Source: Trichinella spiralis (taxonomy: Eukaryota). Taken from it: a DNA stretch of 64,000 nucleotides. Shown one piece after another: positions 25,803 to 40,100 of this stretch. A program made the translations under genes and the position numbers. The notes below the pieces were generated by a model, which was not told where the DNA came from, did not search any database, and saw only the letters and a program-made list of their open reading frames with translations. Position 1 is the stretch's first letter. Each line of letters begins with the position of its first letter. The stretch is from the NCBI RefSeq assembly GCF_000181795.1, contig NW_003526943.1, forward strand, positions 6,664,122-6,728,121. The letters run 5' to 3'.

Positions 25803-28485
25803 GTAAGCGACATACTTTTTCAAAATTCTGAAGTAAAAGCATCCAGAAAAAATGTGCGCTTATTAATAATTCCCACTTCACTCAGTGCGCACAAAATTGA
25901 TGAAAAATGTTTTTCATACTTTAGTTTTTTAAGTGAATGATTCATCTTTTTCTTCTTTAAAAATTGAACTTGCTTTTCATTTTATTTCACATCATTCTTA
26001 CCGGTTGAAAATATGCATTTGTCAAATTGAACTTTTATAAATTACTGCATTGCATTATCTTAATGATATATATTTTTTCATTGATTTCATCGAATTGTTA
26101 AATGGAAAGAAATGACTCCAATTAGCGTTGATATCAAACGGGCGTTTTGATTATTATTTCAAATTTATTCATTTCTATTACTAACGTAGCAGAACACCAA
26201 AAATGATATTCTTGACAATTAAACGGTTAGGTTGGTTCGTTTGATTAAACGTGGTTAAGCCAATGCAAGATTTTTGTAATATTTCTCCGACAATTATTAT
26301 TATTCATCAGAATTTTAATATACTCACAAGTATACTGATGCTCCATCCATCTTCATTGCTCGTGGTGAAAAATTGATAAAACTGTTGAAGGGCATTTATC
26401 AAAACTTTATTTTTGAAAATGATTATTCGAATGCTGTAGCGGTAATTTTAATATTTTGATAATTTCCAATTGGTGTGTCAAAAAGCGTTACGTCATGTTG
26501 GGAAGTTGAATTAATTTGAAAGTTGAACATTATCTCGTATTTTTAGACACGATGTATATTTTAATGTTAAAAGAAATTATAAAATGAACAAACAGAATGC
26601 AAATCGAAATAGTAGTACTTTTTTTCAAATACAATACAGTAAATATTCGAGTCCCATTTGAAATTAAAAATTTGAAATTAAATTGGAATTTTAATTACAT
26701 GCCATTGTTGAAGCACAGTTTCCCAAGTACGACAATGATCAACACCTCGCACTAGCATCAATTTGGTTACAAAGTGTGATGTGGTTTGTTGAGAAGGGCA
26801 ATTTGGGAAACTTTCCAACGTGGGATGCTGCGATCCATTGAACGTGATCATTGCCATCATTAACCCACTTTGAACAGTTAATCTTTTTTAAATCTTTCTA
26901 TTGAAATTCTGCACCATTGTGTAGGGTGAAAAATTGTTCGAATCACTCACTACTGGCTAACGGAAATTATTCAAAATAAATTTATTGATTGTTGTTGAAT
27001 TGAAGAGGTGATTTTTAACATAATATATTATAATCGTTCAAACAAATGAATCGGTTTTGAATAGTTTTCAAAGTTTTGAAACGAAGATTTTTTTTTCACT
27101 AGCTAAACGCTTTTCAGCCGATGTTATTTTGTTTTTGTATGTGGAAAGTGCATAGTCCAGTAGTAGATACGCGTATGAACCTACTTGGATAAAATTGATG
27201 AAAGCATCTCTAAAATTGAAATGTTTCATTCATTTTAAAATTTGAAACAAGTTTCATGTTTCGTGTAATGATAAAATTCTCATTCAATAAATGCAAATTA
27301 TTATTAATTCAAAATAGTATTTTAATTGGTGAATTTTTTATCTTTGATTACAAATTGCAAGGTTAATTTTGTATTTGTTAAAAACTTCATCAGGTTGTTG
27401 TTTATTTTATTGGTGGATTGCATAAACTGCAAGTCGCGGGGCGTGGTTTAATTAATATCCAGTAAAGGTTTAAACGACGAAAATGACCTTCAAGCACTTG
27501 CTAAATTAAATTACTGTGGCCATTATGTATATACATGTATACATATATATAAGCTCAGTCATTAAAAGTCGATGCTGGGAAAATTGTAATCGGAAATTGC
27601 ATGGTTAAGCATTTGACGAAACAATGTGAAATTTTTCCATGAGTTTTGAATTGTTTAAAAATAGAATTTTATTGGTAAAGAAAAAATGGAAAAGCATACA
27701 ATCTCTGTTTTGCAACTGTGCTGATCGGCTGACTCATCAAAATGTTGTTCAGATAAGATCACTACAGCTATTGTTGCGCAAGCTGAATTTTAACGTTCAA
27801 AGACGTGAATCACAAATCAAACAGGCTATCAAAGAATTGAAAAATACCTTCAGCTGAATCAGTCGACAGACTAAATTAAATTTTAATATTATTTAAAAAT
27901 TATTTTTATTTTCTGAAGAATAAAAAATTTTTTAAATTAAATTTTCACAACATTCGAGATTTATTATTTCATATTCACACTTGCGTCTTTTTGTTTATTA
28001 GTAAAAATTGTTCTATATTACGGCTGCAATTTTTTTTGTTATTTTTAAAATCAATTTTATTTTATTTTATTGTTGAAACAATAGAATGAGAACTGTACTA
28101 TTTTGAAAATTAAGTGCTTTGTTACAGCCGAGAGGGTACTGTATAAGATTGGGATCTAAGCGATTTTGACGTAGCTGCTCCGAGATGTTGACAATGGAAC
28201 GATATCATCGAGTGGAAATCCGTGTTGAGGTAATTAAACTAGTTTACTGTTGTTTAGAACTTCAAAATGCATGCCGGTTGCGTTTTTAATAGACTCATTG
28301 GTAAAAATGAAATTGTATGCGATTGAGGCTTTTCACGAGGGCGGTGGCCAGATTTTTAGGTATTGTTTCACAATGAATGTCTGAAATTGATCATGCAGAG
28401 TTGATTAGTAGAAGTTTCATGAGCACAGTTTTTCATGATTCAAATGTGAATTTTATTGTTCAATTTAATTTCAATCTAATCTAAC

Positions 28486-28570
28486 GTTATATGTTATATG
28501 TTATATGTTATGTTATGTTATGTTATGTTATATGTTATATCATCATGTCATGTCATGTCATGTCATGTTA
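28486..28570. repeat. Compound (TGTTA)n/(TGTCA)n pentanucleotide microsatellite
   Basis: Visible tandem pentamers. Confidence 0.9.
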
Positions 28571-31500
28571 TTTTCGTTTCAGTTGAAATAGGTGATGTAG
28601 TATGCATGCCGTTTTGTATGAAATGTTTTTTGTCGTTTTCAGTATTATCGTTCTACAGAATACATACTTTTTCGCAACTTTCGGTTCAATTTACCCGAAG
28701 GGAATAACTGAATTTTCATTTTTTTAAACTGAAATTTTGAATATGTAAATTCAGCATCTTGACTTGTAATTTTTGCAATTGTAAAATTTGTTCAACATTT
28801 GTACATGTTTTTTTTTCATTCGCTAACGTAGCTTTTCACTGAATGTACAGCGGTGAATCTTGTCGAAACAACAACCGAAGTTCTCCAAGTTCTCGACTGA
28901 GATAAACATGCGCACAGTTCTCTCATATAAAATGCTTAAAAACGGCGAATAATTTCTCAAAATGCATGCACGACACTGTAGATATGATGAAATATTCAAG
29001 TACACTTCGGGGATATGATAAGTGAGTTTAACAAGCATGGCTAATGAGGTGATGCAGTTTTCATTGTCATTACTGACAGTATTTAAATTAGAAAATGATA
29101 AAAGCAGGCTCGATTTAGAAAATCTTTTTTACGATCATTTACAATTTTACTTTTGCAGTTGTTTTTTTATTTTGAATAATACCGATTTGAATTATTTGAT
29201 TTAAAAACAGAATGTTAAGTGAAAATTGTCCTTCTGGTATTTTCAGTTTCCATTCTACAGTGCTAACTACTGGGAAATTAGAAGTATTAAATTTGAAAGA
29301 AGTTCAAGAATTTTTCTTCCACAATTAGCAACTATATTCAGTATAATTTCAAAATAGTTTATTCTGCTTTCTTTTTTTTATAAAAGAAACATGAACATTT
29401 TTCTTTTGGTCCGTTTGATTTTTTAAAGATTATTAAATGTTGTTGTTTTCGTGTATAATTTGCATTTTGAATATATGTATCAAATGGCCGTTGATTTTGT
29501 TTTCAACGTGTTCTTGTGATTTTTTGAATACTACAAATTTGTGAGAGTAAAAATCCAAGCTTGCAGTGAAAAAACTTTTGAACTAAAAGTAAATATTTAA
29601 TATCAGCACAATGTGATAAAATTCATATTAATTAATTTTTTGTGATTTCTGTTTATCACTATTTTTTTTCGGATTCGTAATTTTTCTTATTGATTAGTTT
29701 ATTTTAATCCTGGTTTATTTAAATTTAAAATTGAACAAAGCAGTAAGTTGTTCTGGTTGTTATTGGTCAATATTTTGGAATAATTTATAAATTTCGTGTA
29801 TTTGCAATTGGAATGAATAAAATAGAATTTTTCGAATCAGCTTCTGGTGGGATGTGTATATGATCGTGAAAATCGTCATTTGAAAGCGAGATGCTTGATT
29901 TTAAAGTTTTGATAATTTCTAAATTTTCTTGATCTGCAGACATTATCGGCGATGCTGTTCGCTGTTGCAACGTCGCTTTTAAGAATTATCAATGAAAAAG
30001 TGTCAACTGAGTGTGAACAGTTTGAAACATGTATAATTTTTTTCTGAATCTAGATTATTCATCTCTGTATTTATTATTTGCGTTGTTATCGCGAGAGAAA
30101 AATTAATCAACAAATATGTTTAAAAAATGTAAAAGAAAAAAATTTTTTTTTGATTATTCCAAAAAAAAAGAAAATAACTTTGTTTATTTTTTGAATTTTT
30201 TAATTTCAACGTTTCGTCGAATGTCGGTAAGGGACGAAGTTATTGATCCCGTTGTTGTTGCTTTTGGCGCCGAGACTTTACATCTACTTTCAGAATAGTT
30301 GCTTTTGGCTATCGAGCACTTTGCACAAATAATTCATGCTTTATTATTATTATTGATTTCACAAATTTGTGCCAACCGAAATTTTGCTTTTTCCTCCAAT
30401 CCCCCCCGCCCCTTTTCTCTTTCTTCCACCATTTATTTCGACGACACAAATCGTGATCAGCAGATGAAATTGATTTGTGCATTTGTTTATTATTTTTTTT
30501 TAATTTCATTTTAGTTTAATTTTTTTTGAATTGCGTTGAAATTTTTTTGTTTTATTTTTAAACTGATGTTTTTATTTGTTTGGTAGGGATTTTTTTGTGT
30601 TGTTTGTTTTTTTCTTTGCAAAAATATGCAACAGTGGTTTGTTCATGGTATGATTTGATTTGATTTTTCATATAATATATAAAGCAGAAATTGGAAATGA
30701 CCAGTTTTCGCTCGTTTGTTTGCTTGTCTATATTGCAGCGCTTTATTTTAAAATTTATTTCTCTTATTTCCAATATGCAAATCTGTTGCTTGGATAATAT
30801 ATATGTATTATGTATAATTTTTTTTTCTCCTTATTAAACACCCCTTCGATCTTCCGTGTCAGTGTTGGTCTATTTTTGGTAACAGTGTTGCTCCATTTTT
30901 GGCCTTGCCCATATATTGGTGACCTTGTCGTTTTGTTCGAAAAGCAATATTATTATTGTTATTGTTGTTATTATTATTATTATTATTATGCAGAAAGATG
31001 TTCGATATGATAAGATGGATATTGCGTGCTTGTAAATGTGATTTGAAAATTTGTGAAATTATTTGTTAATTTTGTTTGCATTTCTGTGGTTTAACCTCAC
31101 CAATCCGTTTGTGTTGAAGTATATGATGTTTGGATAAAATTTGAATCAAATCAAAATATTGAGAAGAGAAGAATTGTGGAATTGTGTTTCAGTTTTTCTT
31201 TCTTTTGTTCAGCGTGTGTTCGTCGTTAGATTTTTTCCAAGTCGAGGTTGTTTGTATGTTTTTGTTTATTTTTTGCAGCACTAATCTATATATTCTGTAT
31301 GTTGTAATTCGGTTACGGTAATTCATCATCATCATCATCTTTTTCTTCTCGCATATTTCTGTGCTGCAAGTAGTGACCATCCGGATGCTTTGGAATTTGA
31401 AAATTGTCGGTAGTGTTTGTTTTACGTTGTCGTCAACTTTCACAAATATACATACAATACATACACACACACACATTCCTTCCTCTCTTTCTCGTCTACT

Positions 31501-34057
31501 TGCCGGGGATTTCGTTTGTTCAATTTCTTTCTTTTCCAATCTTCTCTGCTTGCTCTGCTCTAAGGCTTTTATGTCTATTTTTAACGCTTATTAGCAATTT
31601 CAAAAGGGACGTTTTGTCAAATTGATGACAAACTGCCGGCCGCCTGTTCTTCTTCTTCTTCTTCTCGGCCAGTCGTCATATATATTATTCTGGTTGCTCG
31701 AAGGTCGTTCTATGAGCGCGCAACTGACGTACATCCTTTTTGTCCCGGACCGACTGCAGCCTGTCCTGCACCTGTCACAGAGAATCTTTCTTTTTTAATT
31801 TTCATTTTGTTTCATCTTTAATTTTATTTTTTTTATCATTCCATATCTTATTTTTTCATCTTTTTAATGTTTGTCATAAACGGGGATTAATAAATAGTTG
31901 TTGTTTCTTTTTATCTCGAGAGAAATGCACGTGATGCAAGTCCAGTATCATGTGTGCAAAATACATAAATTATGATGATGATGATGATGATGCATGGATC
32001 TTTTCGAGAAATAAGAACAATAGAACTGGCAAAGCAGCCGCTCCGGCCCTCGATTGGACAAGCCGAGACTACTGACAGTTGCCTTGTAGAATGACCGGTG
32101 GCTCCGTCTGGTGATCGTTGCGGCGCTACGACTCGCGATAGGTGGATGGACGGATCATCGTCATTATTATTATTATTATCATTCTACTTGCAGTTTATTG
32201 CTGTTGTCCAGCTCGGCTTGGCCAGTTATTTATTACACCAGGTGCGCGGAGACGTTTCGCGAAAATTCAAACTCTTCCATACGCTCTGGTCATTTTCACA
32301 TCTTTTTTATTTATTTATTTTTTGTATTGTATTTTATCTTTTTTTTTCTCAGCAATCAAAAAATTATATTGTACTTGATTTTCTCAATTTTTTTTTATCC
32401 ACCGTTCGGTTGTGTGTGTGTTTTTCTTTCTTTCAACTTTCCCAATTCTTGACCTCTTCTCGTGTTACGGTTGTGCAACTGTTGCGATGGGGGCCGAGCT
32501 GCCCCAGCAGGGCATTGTTGGTCGTTTTGGCCATTGTTCTCCCTCTGCCGCCACCAGCACTACGAACGGCCGGCCATTCGAAAATTTGGGTCAAAAGGAG
32601 GGTACCTGCGCTTTTTCTTTTCCTATGATATATATTTTTTTCCCCTACGCTCCGACCTACCGGCATTACAGTATACTAACCGCGTTCCACCGAGTGAGTG
32701 AGTAGTAGTGTGGCGGGCAGTTGCGTCGTCGTCGTGTTCAGTCCAGTTTTAGTCCAGTCCAGTCCATTAAATACCAGCGCCGGCTCGCTGCACGTTGATC
32801 CAATTTGGTCCATTTATTTATTATTTTATATTTATTTATTGCTACTTTTTTTTTATCCTTCCCATCATCTATCTATCCCAGGAGAAGGAACCAAAAAATA
32901 AAAATAAACAATTATGCGTCGTCGACCGCGCAACGGACAGTTTAGAGAGGTTTGTTTGTTTTTTTTTATTTTTTGTAATTTTGTCGATGGGAAAATTTGT
33001 TTTTTATTTTGTTTCGTTTTCACCTCATTTTCATGATCCGACCTGTTTGATGTCAAGACATTAAACAAACTCATCCGAGTGATGGATGATGAGAAATTGT
33101 GATTATATCACAACAGAAGTGATGAAAAGGATGAATGGATGGATGGGATATATGGTTGTGGTGGTGTTGAAGCTTTTCCATATCTGTTTCTCACTGCTCG
33201 ATCGACTTTTTCCACTCAGTGATCTATTAATATATTATATGGTCTGGTGGTCTTCGATCGGTCAGTCGGCCGACCGTTCTTCTTCTGTACTTTGCAAATA
33301 GGAGACGAATCGCGCGCAAAAATTGGCTTATCAATTGATTCCGAGCATCCATGCGTGTGTGTGTGTTTTTGTTTTATTATTTTTTTGCACACCAAGGCAT
33401 CGCTTGCCGTGGCGGCAGTTATTTTTTGCGTTTGTTTATTTCTTTCTTTGCTGACCGTCGGCTAATAATTAACGTATTGCGCGTTCTGCTGCAGCAACTA
33501 GCTCACTAGCTCTGACCGCATGACGGACGGACCGACGGCAAGCTAACGAGCGAGCGATCGTGTGTCTGTGTGTGTAGTGTTGCGAAGCGGGTCGTCCGTT
33601 GGTCCGTCCGTCTGTGCGCTTGCTTCGCGCGCATACGTGCGCACGCAACTACTCTTGGACAACAACAAACGTCGAGGTCGACGGCGTCCAACGGTCATCT
33701 GGCCGACCGAACGAACGGCCGGCCGGCCGGCCGCTGTTCTCTTTGTTTGCTTCAACACTTTTCTTCCCTACGCCACAAATCGCGTTGCTCCTCCACCTCA
33801 GCTTACTGTATTTGTTTTTTGTTTTTGTTTTTTATTTTTTTCTCCCTCTTTCTTCATCATCATTGGTTTTCTACCACTACTACTACTACTGCAACTACGA
33901 CTATGTATATATATATGTGTGTGTGTGTGCACGCATGATACATTTATTATTACTATTCGCACGCACTCTGCCTTTATTGCAGGTATTTTTTGCATGATTT
34001 TTTTTCAAATATTTTCTTGTTTTTTAGAATACATTGCGTTTTTTGAAAACTGAGCGA

Positions 34058-37000
34058 ATGTCGCCGGGTGTTGTCGGTTATCCCACCACTTCTGCCGCTG
34101 CCGCAGCAGCTGCTGCAGCTGCCGCGGCCGCCGCCGCTTCGGCTCCACCTCCACCACCACCTCCACCGGCACCGGCACCGGCACCTCCGACCAATTGGGG
34201 TTTGACCAACGTGGCTGTGCCTGTGGTGCGCCAACAGCCGGCGCCCTATTACGGCTCTTATCAAAATCACAATTCCGTCGTACGACCAGTAAGTGCAGTT
34301 GTGAATTAATTAATTAATTAATTAATTTTCGAACAGAAAAGAAATTCATTCTATATAATACAAAATTAATTGACGCCCAGTTGTTGTTGTTGTTGTTGTT
34401 TATTTGTTTATTGCGAAACGAATGTTTGTTGTTTTCATTCTACTTTTCCCAGTGTAAAAGCAGCGTTGCTGGCGTTGGGCCAAGTCGGCGTGGGCGGTGT
34501 TTAGTTTGACGCGTTCGTTTTTGAAACGGGCAGGCAGCGTGCAGGGAGAGGGAAGAAAGGCGGGGTGGGAGTTGTGTTTTTATTGATCAAATTCGTTTTC
34601 AGCTTTTAAACACACACACAACACACACGCGCGTTCAATTTCTTCTTCAATCGATGCAAATAATGAATGAATAATAATTGGAAACATTATTTTACCGCTG
34701 TCGGAACGGTAGCAGCAGATTTTTTTTTGTTTTTTCAAGGTTTTGTGTTAGCACCAGTGTTGTATTTTTATACATACATGTGGGATTGATGAGTTGAATA
34801 AATTGACAACGGAGAAAATAAATTTATTTTATTACAAAATAAACCTGTTAATGAATAAAGAAAATGAGATTGTTTTTCAGTTAGTGTTAAAGGTGTTTTT
34901 TTTTTAAATTTTCTTCTGTTTGTTGTTGAATTGGAAAGAGTTGAAATGTTGGTTTTATGCTTTGGCCAGAATTTTTCAAACTTCCAAGCAAAGCAGCAGC
35001 AGCAGCTTCTATTTTTAGCATATAAAACTGAGCATCATCGATCGATTTTGTTCGTTCGTTCGTTCGTTCGTTTTGCTGAAGAAGAGTTTCAATTTGAAAT
35101 TAGCACGAGCGCTTGCTTGTATGCTTTTCAGTGTTGCACGTCGGTTTTTATTCAATTTAATTCAATTCAGTTCAGTTCAGTTCAGTTTAATCATTTATTT
35201 TTACCTGTATACCCACCCTTGCGCACAATTCAAATTTCTTCAACCACTGCTGCAACGAGATATAGAGAAATAAATGTTTTTTTTGTTTTTGTTTTGATTT
35301 CGCATTTGAAATTCAAATTCATTATTCAATCCCACCAACAACTGTATCCCATGGTAATAATATATATGTTGCTCGTTTCAGTCGAGCGGATATCGATGCA
35401 GTACAGGGAACAGCGGCTCCAGCGCTACTGGCGGTGGTGGTGGTGACCGTTCCAGTCGTAGCGCAAGCAGCAGTTCTCCTCGCGAACAGCTCAGCCAGAC
35501 TAATCTTTACATCCGCGGACTGGCACAAAACACTTCTGACAGGGACTTGTACAACATGTGTCAACAGTATGGCAAGATTGTTTCTACCAAGGCCATTTTG
35601 GACAAGACGACAAATTTGTGCAAAGGTAATAAAATACGAAATTATTATTTACAAAATAAAAATATTTATTCTTTTTTTTTTCTATTCTCAGGATATGGAT
35701 TTGTGGACTTCGATACACCGGAAGCGGCGGAACGGGCAGTTAAATCGTTGACCCAGCAGGGTTATATGGCGCAGATGGCCAAGGTGTGATGGCGATGGGG
35801 GGGGGGAGGAGAGGGATTTTTTGTTTTCAGGTTGTTGATGAATTTTATTAATTTCCATTTTTTTTCTTGTATTGCAGCAGCAAGAGCAAGATCCGACAAA
35901 TTTGTATTTGGCCAATTTGCCGGCGAATTGGAATGAACCGCAGTTGGAAAATTTGTTGAAAGCGTTCGGCACGGTCGTTTCGACCAGAATTTTGCGTTAT
36001 CACAATGGAGCGAGTCGTGGGGTTGGTTTTGCAAGAATGGAAACTCGTGAACATTGTGAAAATGTGATCAAAGAATTCAATGGCAAAGTTTTGACGGGTG
36101 AGTAGAGAAAAAAATACGGTGTGACAACTTTTTAATAATACAATAATAGTCTTTTCTCTTTTTTTCTATTTTTCTATTTGCAATTCTGTATATTTTTTGG
36201 TGTTCAGGTCACACTGGTGATCCGTTGTTGGTCAAATTTGCCGACAGTGGACGAAGACACCGACGAACCCACTTTTATCACGAACACATTAACAACGGCG
36301 AAGTGGGCCAACATGTTTACAATTATTATTATTATTATTATTATTATTTTAATATTTCGTTGTATTTTGTTTTTAGGCTAGTTACAGTATTCCGGCGTAT
36401 GATCCGAATCAAATGACCAATGGGTAAGGAAATTGTTTTATTTAGAATTAATTAATTTTTTTTTCCTGTTGGTTATTTATTAAAATGGTGGTTAGGTATT
36501 TCGCTTCATCAATGCAAACGTTATATGAACAATTTTCCAGAAATGGTGCGCTGAACGCTGGACCGTTTGCTGCGGCGAACTTTTACCAACTCAATCCACA
36601 ATACGCTTATTTTGCTGCTGCACCGTTTTCATCGGTTGCTTTGACTGTTTGTTGTTGTTCTGAAAAAAAACTTATTTTTTTTCTTTGTTAGATTGTATCT
36701 GGTCAGCCGTTTCTTGGATATCCGACCGTCTCTAATGGAAGCGAAAACGCCGCGGGCATTAACAACTTAGCTGCTCAGATGAATCACATGTCGCTCGGCC
36801 AGGCGCCCCAACCGACGCCAATACCCAACGCGCAACCACAGTACGCCGGGGCTGGGATACCGTCGATTCATCCAACTTATCAACTGTACCAGCAGACATT
36901 TTATCCGCCAATGTGCTTTCCAGAAATGCAGGTATTTTGCAATGTAATAATAATAATTATTATTATTTGTTGTCGATGTTCTCTATCTACAATCATTGAT

Positions 37001-37184
37001 TGTCGTTTAATTTTTCCAGGCTGCTACTATTGATATCACCGCCATAAATGGCAATGGTAACGTCAGTCCTCCTACAATTGTTGCTATTGAAGAGACGGAA
37101 GTGAATTATGCGCAGTCGCCCTATCGTGGTAGTACTAATGGCAGTGTGGTTGTTTCTCCGGCAATTGCAACTGCTGGAAAATGA
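34058..37184 (+). CDS. RBMS/alan shepard/SUP-26 family two-RRM RNA-binding protein
   Basis: Exons 34058-34288, 35382-35625, 35692-35783, 35878-36097, 36208-36302, 36377-36423, 36541-36634, 36692-36931, 37020-37184. RRM1 [13 protein letters not shown]...[26 protein letters not shown]; linker [18 protein letters not shown]2 VSTRILR...[10 protein letters not shown]...LLVKFAD. N- and C-terminal exons are less certain. Confidence 0.92.
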
Positions 37185-40100
37185 AAAAAAAAAACTGTGC
37201 AATCTCACTTGATAACAAGACATCATCATAAAGTGAATATATATATATATATGTATGTAGTGTGAATTATTCAATTTTTAATAATTTTTTTTTATAGTTC
37301 AACAAAATTGCGTGTGAATATTATCCAGAATTATATATGGTCTCTATTTATCATTTAAATTCCTTTTATTTGTTTTCTATTTTTTTGTTTTGTTTTTACG
37401 TCCATCGGCTGGATCGACGTTTGTTGTTTCAGAGAGAGAAAATTATTTTCTCAACATTTTTGAATTTCATTTCACTATTACTGTTGTTGTTGTTGTTGTT
37501 TTACGCCTAGTTTTTAGAAAAACAACAAACAAACAAACAGCAAAGACCGTCCTCCATTTTTTTACTTTCAGTTTTTTTTCACTCTTTCTTGTTACTACTG
37601 TTTTTCCTCCGATGCTTTTTCTCTCTGCATCGTTTCTGTGAAGCTGCGACCTTGTTTGTTTGAAAATTTTCCATTCAAACTAGAGCTCTACGGTTTTCAC
37701 CACCATTAGATTAGCAGCAGCTGTTTTACTATTTATTATTTATTACTACTTTTCTTTCCTGAAATTTACCTACGAAAATTATCATCATCATCCATCATCA
37801 TTATTTTTTTTCTATCTTTTATTTTGGAAAAATTTTTTCCACTACTTGATTTTTCATTTCAATATTTTGTGGGGGAAGATGAGACGGTCCATCTATCTAT
37901 CCACAGAAAATGTTTGTTCGGTCAAGGGAGAAAGGCTTGCTTTGAAATTTTAAATTCTGTTCTGTTGCCCTTGGCCACGATATGGGTTTTTCTCAACAAT
38001 CGCCCCCACGACATTGTGCGCGATTTTCTTCTTTCTTGTTTTTTCTCTTTTTTTACATTTTCTATTGCTCTTGAAAAGATGCACAGTTTTGGTTGTGGTT
38101 GTGGTTGTTGTTGGACAGTGAGCGGATGTTTTGTTTTTCTGCTTGCTAAAGCTGTTTTCACTTTCAGAGCTGCTCCTGCTACTCTATCACCACACCCACT
38201 AAAAAATACCTCTGTCGATCTGCTGCATTTTTTCCCCTATTCTTCTTTTTTGTCAGGAATTCTTACTTACGGACACGCCCATTATTATTTTGTTCAAATA
38301 ATGGGTTGTGCAATTTTGATTTTTATCATTGTAAAATTTGATGCGCACTTTTTTTTTGTTTTTCTGTGCGCTTGTATAGTATAAGATTTACTATGTTGTG
38401 TTTAATATCATCACACATATGACATCACTTCAGGTTTTGTTTGTGAATTTTTTTGTTTTCTATACTTGGCTATCTTTTTCTTTTTGTGGAGAAATTTTCA
38501 CTCCCTGAAGATGATCGATCAGCTGTGTTTTTGTTTTGATGCCTTGTTGTCGAGAGCTTATAGGGTTTTCTTTTGCAAGATGTGAACGCGAAATTATTGG
38601 AACGACGACTAAAAAATATACATATTTGTGAGCGCTACCACCTGGCTCATCGTTTTTTTTCCAATTTTACCCTCCTCTTTATGGGTTTTTGTTTCTATCA
38701 GTTATTATTATTATTATTATTATTATCCTTTATATAATGTACATATATATATGTATATATCCTTATGAAATGTTATTTATGCTTTGCATGTAAATTCCAC
38801 CGAATAGTTTTTGGAATTTTTTTTTTGTACTCTCTTTTTTGCCTTTCATTCTCTGCTCACAGTGGTTGCGAAGTGAGAGAACGGTTTGGAATTTGGATTG
38901 ATCGATCGATCGATCGATCGATTGATATCTTTTGTAGCAGTTTGGTGAAAGAACACCCCACCACCCGATTTGTGTGACCATCAGATTTTTTTTGTTGTTG
39001 TTGTTGTCGTATGTCTTCATTTAGACGACAACACGTTCGTTCCATCATTACAAGAACATCATCTTTCGTTATAATTTTTTTTGAATTTTTGTTGTCGATG
39101 CGACCATCCGCTGAGCAGAATTATAGAATATTATTTATTACACGTCGTTGAACTTTTTTAATTTTACGACAAAAAAGTAGAAAATATTGGTGCCACGGTG
39201 GTGGGCAACTGTGTGTGTGTGTGTATTTATTTATTTATTTACTTTAAATATATTTTGTATGCAACAGCGACGTTCTATGGAACGAAAAGTATGAAAAAAA
39301 GAAAGTTGACGCGCGCCACTCAGATAATGTGTACGAAGACTGTTGTTTTTTTACGCAAAAGGCTCGTGTTTATTGTTTTTCACGTTGTGTGCATATTTTT
39401 GAAATAAAGACTGCGTATGAACGGCACAGTTTTTTTTCACTTGAGAAAAAAATGATGAGCAATTATGATTAAAATTTGAGTGTTGTAAACTGTTGTCCTT
39501 GATCAACGAAGCAGGTGTTCATTTTTCAAAACGACGAATAAATATGATAATTTATACTTTTTTTTAAAATTTTCTACGGAGCGGTGAATGAATGATGCAA
39601 TTGTTTTACTTCAAAATGAAAAATGTTGCAAATATTTTTCTCGATCATGTGAATCGGCGATGTTTTCTTTTGTATGCAAATTTTATGTCCGTGTCGTGTT
39701 GCACGCGACCGATGAACCGGCCAATCGTCGTTGCCTCGTCGTCACGTGCTGTTGTATGCAAAATTTTTACAATTTTGTTACTGTACCTTGTTGAAACTGG
39801 AACAGAAACTGGATTTTTGTTGTTCTTTTGCTTCTTTTTAATACAAACAACAACTGATTACAAACTTAGCTGTTGTATTTATTTTTTCTTAAATTTCAAT
39901 ATTTTTATTTTTATTTTTATCATCAAACAAAAACAAAGATGAAATTCAAAAAAAACAAAATAGTAACAAAAAACACTTGACGAAGAGATGCAGAGTTGTT
40001 TTTGTTTTTTGTTTTTCATATCGGCAAAAAATTAACATAACTGGTCTTGGCCGACAATTTAGAGAAAAGAAACAATCAGCAAACTAGTTTTTTGTTTGTG

